The notes under the pieces: generated by a model | Told to the model about the DNA's origin: nothing | Database searches by the model: none | What the model saw: only the letters and a program-made list of their open reading frames with translations | Program-made: the position numbers and the translations under genes | Source: Kiritimatiellia bacterium | GTDB lineage: Bacteria > Verrucomicrobiota > Kiritimatiellia > RFP12 > DVOR01 | Assembly: GCA_031553315.1 (NCBI GenBank) | Contig: JAVBLT010000001.1 | Span: 4,139 to 68,138 of the forward strand | Direction: 5' to 3' | DNA: 64,000 nucleotides | Shown: piece after piece, positions 60,052 to 64,000 of the stretch | How the letters are laid out: each line of letters opens with the position of its first letter | Position numbering within the stretch: the stretch's first letter is position 1

Positions 60052-60180
60052 AGCAGATTCCGAATGAGATTTCCGGATTCTTCGAAGGTGATTTTGGGTT
60101 TTTACAAACGCTTGAGGTGAGCCGTAGCAACGCTACGGCGAGCTGAAAGGCAGATTGCAACGGAATCAAGCACGATACCC
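60049..60180. mobile_element. MITE copy E (left end defined, right end degenerate)
   Basis: TAGAGCAGATTCCGAATGAGATTTCCGGATTCTTCGAAGGTGATTTTGGGTTTT...GCCGTAGCAACGCTACGGCGAGCTGAAAG is ~90% identical to copy A over ~110 bp. Confidence 0.5.
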
Positions 60181-60195
60181 CCCCGCCCATTCAAT

Positions 60196-61026
60196 TCAGC
60201 GAAGAGCCGAATTTTGGTAGACGCGGACATAATCAATCACGAAATACGCCGGAAGAGCCGTTTTTTCGAGGCTCCCGCCGGTGCTGCCCATCGCGAGGTT
60301 GAGGAGCAGATACATCGGTTCGCGGAAGGGCTCTTTGGCGCCCTTGCCATCGGGATTGAGGGCTTCGGAGAGAGGCACGGCATTGAGCAGCTCCTCATCG
60401 AGATAAAGGCGGATGGATTCGGGCGACCAATCCATGCGCCACGTGTGGAAGGATTGATCCCAATCGTCGGCGCCGAAGTGGCTCATGGGGCGCTTGGCGG
60501 AGCGCCAGTTTTGCGCATAAGCTTCGCCTTCTTTCGCCCAGCAGAGGTTGGCGAGAATCGAATGGTGGTAGTATTCCATGAGGTCGATTTCGCCGCATTC
60601 AGGCCATGCGCGATGGGTGCCCAGGAACCAGATGGCGGGCCAGAGGCCGGTTTCGGCGCGGATTTTGGCGCGGATTTCAAAGCGCCCATACGTCCACGCC
60701 TGGCGGTGCCGGGTGGTGAGGCAGGCGGAGGTGTATTCAATGTTTTTGCGCGCGGCGCGCCAATCGTCTTTTTTTTCGGGGTTGTAGAGCGGGTTGGGGC
60801 GGATTTCCCTCCGGCCTTCAATCCAGAGAAAGCCGTTGGAGCAGGCGGCGTTTTCGGCCTGATACCACTGCATTTCCTTGTTGCGCGAATAGCCGATCTC
60901 GTAGTTCCACCTGGCGGGGTCGGGGGCGCCGGCGAGGTCGAATTCGTCGCTCCAGACCAAACGGTAACCGTCATCCGCCACTGCCGGCCCTGCAATGAAG
61001 AGGGCGAAAAACAAAAAAGCACGCAT
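60196..61026 (-). CDS. GH16 family glycoside hydrolase (laminarinase/beta-glucanase-like), secreted
   Basis: 276 aa from ATG 61026; signal peptide MRAFLFFALFIAGPAVA; catalytic motif GEIDLMEY (ExDxxE). Confidence 0.8.
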   Translation of the reverse strand: MRAFLFFALFIAGPAVADDGYRLVWSDEFDLAGAPDPARWNYEIGYSRNKEMQWYQAENAACSNGFLWIEGRREIRPNPLYNPEKKDDWRAARKNIEYTSACLTTRHRQAWTYGRFEIRAKIRAETGLWPAIWFLGTHRAWPECGEIDLMEYYHHSILANLCWAKEGEAYAQNWRSAKRPMSHFGADDWDQSFHTWRMDWSPESIRLYLDEELLNAVPLSEALNPDGKGAKEPFREPMYLLLNLAMGSTGGSLEKTALPAYFVIDYVRVYQNSALR

Positions 61027-61181
61027 CGTTTGATTCCTTTCCGGAGGCAGAGTATAACGCGGTTTTTGCTTTTGGAAAAGCCGCGTGCGGAAAATTCCCG
61101 GCATTCGGATGCGTATTGCGGTATGCAGCCGCGGGCTTTTTGCGGGGCTGCGGGAATCGTTGTTGACAAAAACCGCCCGAG

Positions 61182-61730
61182 ATGGAAGACTATTTGATAA
61201 TGAATCGCACACCCGCACATATTCGCGCCCGTTCATCCGGTCAGGCGATCACGGAACTGGTCATCACGATGATTCTTTTTTTAATCATCGCGATCGGAAC
61301 GGTTCATTTCGCGGAGCTTGCTTTCGCGCAGCTTGGCCTGAAGACGGAACTGCGCGCGCAAACGGGAGTCGACGCCATGAGCATGGCCTCCCGGATGCTT
61401 CCCGAAGCGGTTTACGATTGGAACGCGGGCGCGGACGGTTTGGATTATACCGCCGACGACCGGCCTCAGCCCGGCGGCGCCACGGCCTTTTCGAGGCTGC
61501 ACAGCTTTGCGGAGTATGACGGCGGCGCGATGCTCACGCGAAGCCGGCTCGATGATTCGCCCGCCCAGCTTTCGAGCGCGGGATTCTCGCTTTTTCAGGT
61601 GGGGCTGATCCGCCGGACGAATTCGGCGGATGTGCCGGTCGACCCTTTTCTGGTGGATACGGTTTACGCGAAGCCGGTCGTGAAGCTGCGTGAAACCCGC
61701 TGGATGCCGCTGATGGGGGGGATGTTGTGA
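61182..61730 (+). CDS. TadE/TadG-like Flp pilus assembly protein (pseudopilin-like)
   Basis: N-terminal SSGQAITELVITMILFLIIAIG resembles the TadE-like hydrophobic segment; located upstream of cpaB/cpaF. Confidence 0.45.
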   Translation: MEDYLIMNRTPAHIRARSSGQAITELVITMILFLIIAIGTVHFAELAFAQLGLKTELRAQTGVDAMSMASRMLPEAVYDWNAGADGLDYTADDRPQPGGATAFSRLHSFAEYDGGAMLTRSRLDDSPAQLSSAGFSLFQVGLIRRTNSADVPVDPFLVDTVYAKPVVKLRETRWMPLMGGML

Positions 61731-62362
61731 CGAAAAAACGCATCTTCCTCGCCCTTTTTTCAGGCTTTGCCGCGCTGGCGCCGGCGGCGGTTTTCATGAA
61801 GCTGGGGCGCACGCCGCTTGAGGCGCGCGCGGAGGCGCTGGGCGGAAAAAAAGTGTATGAAAGCGCGGTCGAAGTGAACGGCGCGGGCGGTCGGCTGCAG
61901 TGTTTCGGCTTCGAAAGCCGCCCTGAAAACCTGGCGGCGCTGGGGTTGCCCTCCGGCGGATCGGGCGCGCTGGCGACCCGCGAAGAGGGCGGCGAACGGA
62001 TCACCGCGCTTTTTGTGCCGCACGGCGAGGGCGGCGTGCTGACGGTATTCCGCCGGCCGAAGGCGGATGCCGCGGCGCAGTGGCCGGGCGCGCTGCCGCG
62101 CATCGAGGGAATCACGCCGACCTTCTCGGCGGTTTGCCGCGAGAACGATTCAGTCTTGGGTATCGGCACGGTCGAGACGGATGAATTTTCGGCGTTGGGG
62201 CGGGCGGGCGATGCCTTGCGCGCCGCGGGCTGGCGGGGGCTCCCGCCGGAGACCGGCCTGATGCGGTGGTTTTACCGGGACGGGCGGGTGTGCCTCGTCT
62301 TCGCCCGGCAGGCGGATGAAACGGGAAAGGTTCGGCTCGCGTTGCTGACCGGTCGCGGCTGA
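61727..62362 (+). CDS. hypothetical secreted protein in the Tad locus (GTG start)
   Basis: signal-like N-terminus IFLALFSGFAALAPAAVF; overlaps the tadE-like stop. Confidence 0.4.
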   Translation: MTKKRIFLALFSGFAALAPAAVFMKLGRTPLEARAEALGGKKVYESAVEVNGAGGRLQCFGFESRPENLAALGLPSGGSGALATREEGGERITALFVPHGEGGVLTVFRRPKADAAAQWPGALPRIEGITPTFSAVCRENDSVLGIGTVETDEFSALGRAGDALRAAGWRGLPPETGLMRWFYRDGRVCLVFARQADETGKVRLALLTGRG

Positions 62363-62377
62363 CGGAAGGTTTGATGC

Positions 62378-63196
62378 ATGAAACAAAAGGTTGTGTTGAT
62401 TTTATCGGTGGTGATCGGGTTGCTGGCGGCGTTTTTGTCGAGGCAGTTTCTCAACGCCAAGGAACGTCAGCTCGAGCAGGATCGCGCGGAGCTTCAATCG
62501 CAATTCCGCACGGTTCAGGTGGTGGCGCTCAAAGAATCGATGCCCGCGGGCACCATCCTCAAGCGCGAGGATCTGAAATGGCGCCGCTTTGCGGAATCGG
62601 CCCTGCGCGAGCAGGCGATTCTGAAGGTCGAAAACATCGATTACATGCTCGACGGTCGCAAGCTTGCCGTTTCGGTCGAAAAGGAAAAGCCCCTGCTGTG
62701 GTCCGATATCGTGGGCGGCGATCCCCATGCCCGAGGCCTGGCCGACAAGCTTCCCGCCAAGCGCCGGGCGATCTCCATCAACGTGAGCGGGGCGGCTTCG
62801 GTCAGCGGCATGGTTCAGCCCAATGACCGGGTCGACGTGCTGGGCACCTTCTCTTTTCCTTCGAAGACCAACCCCGCCGAGCTGGAGCTTGTGACGATGA
62901 CGGTGCTGCAAAACGTGACCATTCTCGCCACGGGCCGCTCCATGAACCGCCAGGCCGGCAACACCGGTTCACAGGCGGGAGCCTCCTACAGCACCGTCAC
63001 CCTCGAGGTCACGCCGCACGAAGCCGAGATGCTCGTGTTCGCCGAGCAGATCAAGGGCCGCCTCACGCTTTCGCTGCGCAACCCGATCGACATCTACTAC
63101 GAAAAGACCCTCCCGCGGGTCAACTTCGAGTATATCCAGACCCAGATCGAAGAGATGAACCGTTTGCGCCAGGAAGAACGCCCCAGGGCGTTGTAA
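62378..63196 (+). CDS. cpaB: Flp pilus assembly protein CpaB (RcpC)
   Basis: 272 aa; N-terminal TM, SAF-like domain (VVALKESMPAGTILKREDL), C-terminal beta-rich domain. Confidence 0.75.
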   Translation: MKQKVVLILSVVIGLLAAFLSRQFLNAKERQLEQDRAELQSQFRTVQVVALKESMPAGTILKREDLKWRRFAESALREQAILKVENIDYMLDGRKLAVSVEKEKPLLWSDIVGGDPHARGLADKLPAKRRAISINVSGAASVSGMVQPNDRVDVLGTFSFPSKTNPAELELVTMTVLQNVTILATGRSMNRQAGNTGSQAGASYSTVTLEVTPHEAEMLVFAEQIKGRLTLSLRNPIDIYYEKTLPRVNFEYIQTQIEEMNRLRQEERPRAL

Positions 63197-63199
63197 GGA

Positions 63200-64000
63200 A
63201 TGACCATGCCGTATACGCTGACCATCGCCCTGCCGGGGAAATCCGTCAACACCGCGTCTCTTTCCGACGGCGTCTACATCATCGGGCGCGGCGAGGGCGC
63301 GACCCTGCGCCTGCGCCACCCCGAAGTCAGCGAACAGCACGCCCGCCTGACCCTTTCCGGCGGCACGGCGACCATCGAAGACCTGGGGTCCTCCAACGGC
63401 ACAATGGTCGATAACCGGCCCGTGGTCGATCCCGTGACGCTTTCGCCCGACAGCCTGGTTTCGCTCGGCTCCTGCATGCTTCGCGTGGAAACCGGCGGCG
63501 GCGAAGCCCAAACGCCTCCGCCGCCCGCGGTTGAAAAGGCCTCCGCGCCCCCCCCCCCGCCTCCCCCGCCGCCGCCCGCGCCCAAGATCGATCCCAATGC
63601 CGCCGTCCGCCGCGAAGTGAAGAACCAGATTCACTCCGAGCTCATTCAGCGCCTCGACCTCAAGCGGATGACCTCCCTGGGCATCGGCGCCGAAGACCTC
63701 CAGAAAAAAGCCACCGAAACCCTCCACCAGATCATCGGCGAAGTGCGCCAGCGCAACAAGCTCCCCGCCTTCATCAACCCCGATGAGCTGCTCATGGAAA
63801 TCTACAACGAAGCCATGCGCCTGGGGCCCATCGAAGGCTTCCTCGCCGATGATTCCATCAGCGAAATCATGATCAACGGCCCCGACAAGGTCTACGTGGA
63901 GCGCGGCGGGCGCATCGAGCTCACGGGGCAGACGTTTATGGACGATGAATCCGTCGGCGCCGTGATCGAGCGCATCGTGGCGCCCATCGGCCGGCGCATC
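63200..64000 (+). CDS. cpaF: Tad secretion ATPase CpaF/TadA with N-terminal FHA domain; 3' end outside the window
   Basis: FHA (GVYIIGRGEGATLRLRHPEVSEQHARLTL...LGSSNGTMV), P10 linker encoded by a C11 tract, then the CpaF N-terminal domain (IMINGPDKVYVERGGRIELTGQTF). Confidence 0.8.
   Translation, partial: MTMPYTLTIALPGKSVNTASLSDGVYIIGRGEGATLRLRHPEVSEQHARLTLSGGTATIEDLGSSNGTMVDNRPVVDPVTLSPDSLVSLGSCMLRVETGGGEAQTPPPPAVEKASAPPPPPPPPPPAPKIDPNAAVRREVKNQIHSELIQRLDLKRMTSLGIGAEDLQKKATETLHQIIGEVRQRNKLPAFINPDELLMEIYNEAMRLGPIEGFLADDSISEIMINGPDKVYVERGGRIELTGQTFMDDESVGAVIERIVAPIGRRI

Overview
High-GC (~65%) compact bacterial chromosome segment; gene content looks PVC-like but no taxon is asserted. There is no rRNA and no CRISPR array. 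Housekeeping content: the 3' end of a SEDS (FtsW/RodA) gene, tRNA-Ser, hisC-hisB-hisA, an M16 peptidase, an AI-2E transporter, an LptF/G permease and a B12-binding radical SAM gene. A tightly packed minus-strand array runs grpE-dnaJ-purB-vanZ-pyrD-ECF sigma/anti-sigma, with tRNA-Leu at its upstream (grpE) end. Further on are a CaCA antiporter, rpoZ-smpB-tatA, a GreA-domain fusion protein, nrnA, a GT2 glycosyltransferase, a secreted discoidin/DUF4091-like protein, a UvrD/AddA-like helicase-nuclease broken by two frameshifts inside poly-C tracts, and a rluA-family gene. tRNA-Thr is followed by a ~3.5 kb mobile/prophage-remnant island: an IS630 transposase, phage head-protein remnants, and a truncated MuF-family protein whose C-terminal module and downstream small ORF are low-GC. 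After the island come tkt, lysS, a eukaryote-type hexokinase, a MATE exporter, a beta-helix glycosidase, a HIT protein, a eukaryote-type glycogen debranching enzyme, epmA, a class-IV aminotransferase, a PtsN-like EIIA and ileS. A transposase remnant and the tmRNA (tag ANDNFALAA) follow, then htpG, a flavodoxin-like reductase, a GH89 alpha-N-acetylglucosaminidase, a GH16 gene and the start of a Tad/Flp pilus locus (tadE-like, cpaB, FHA-cpaF). Five copies of a short IS630-derived MITE sit at gene 3' ends, often supplying the host stop codon. Coding strands fall into two sharply different codon-usage regimes. The six-frame track contains many long antisense or alternative-frame ORFs that are artefacts of GC-rich codon structure.
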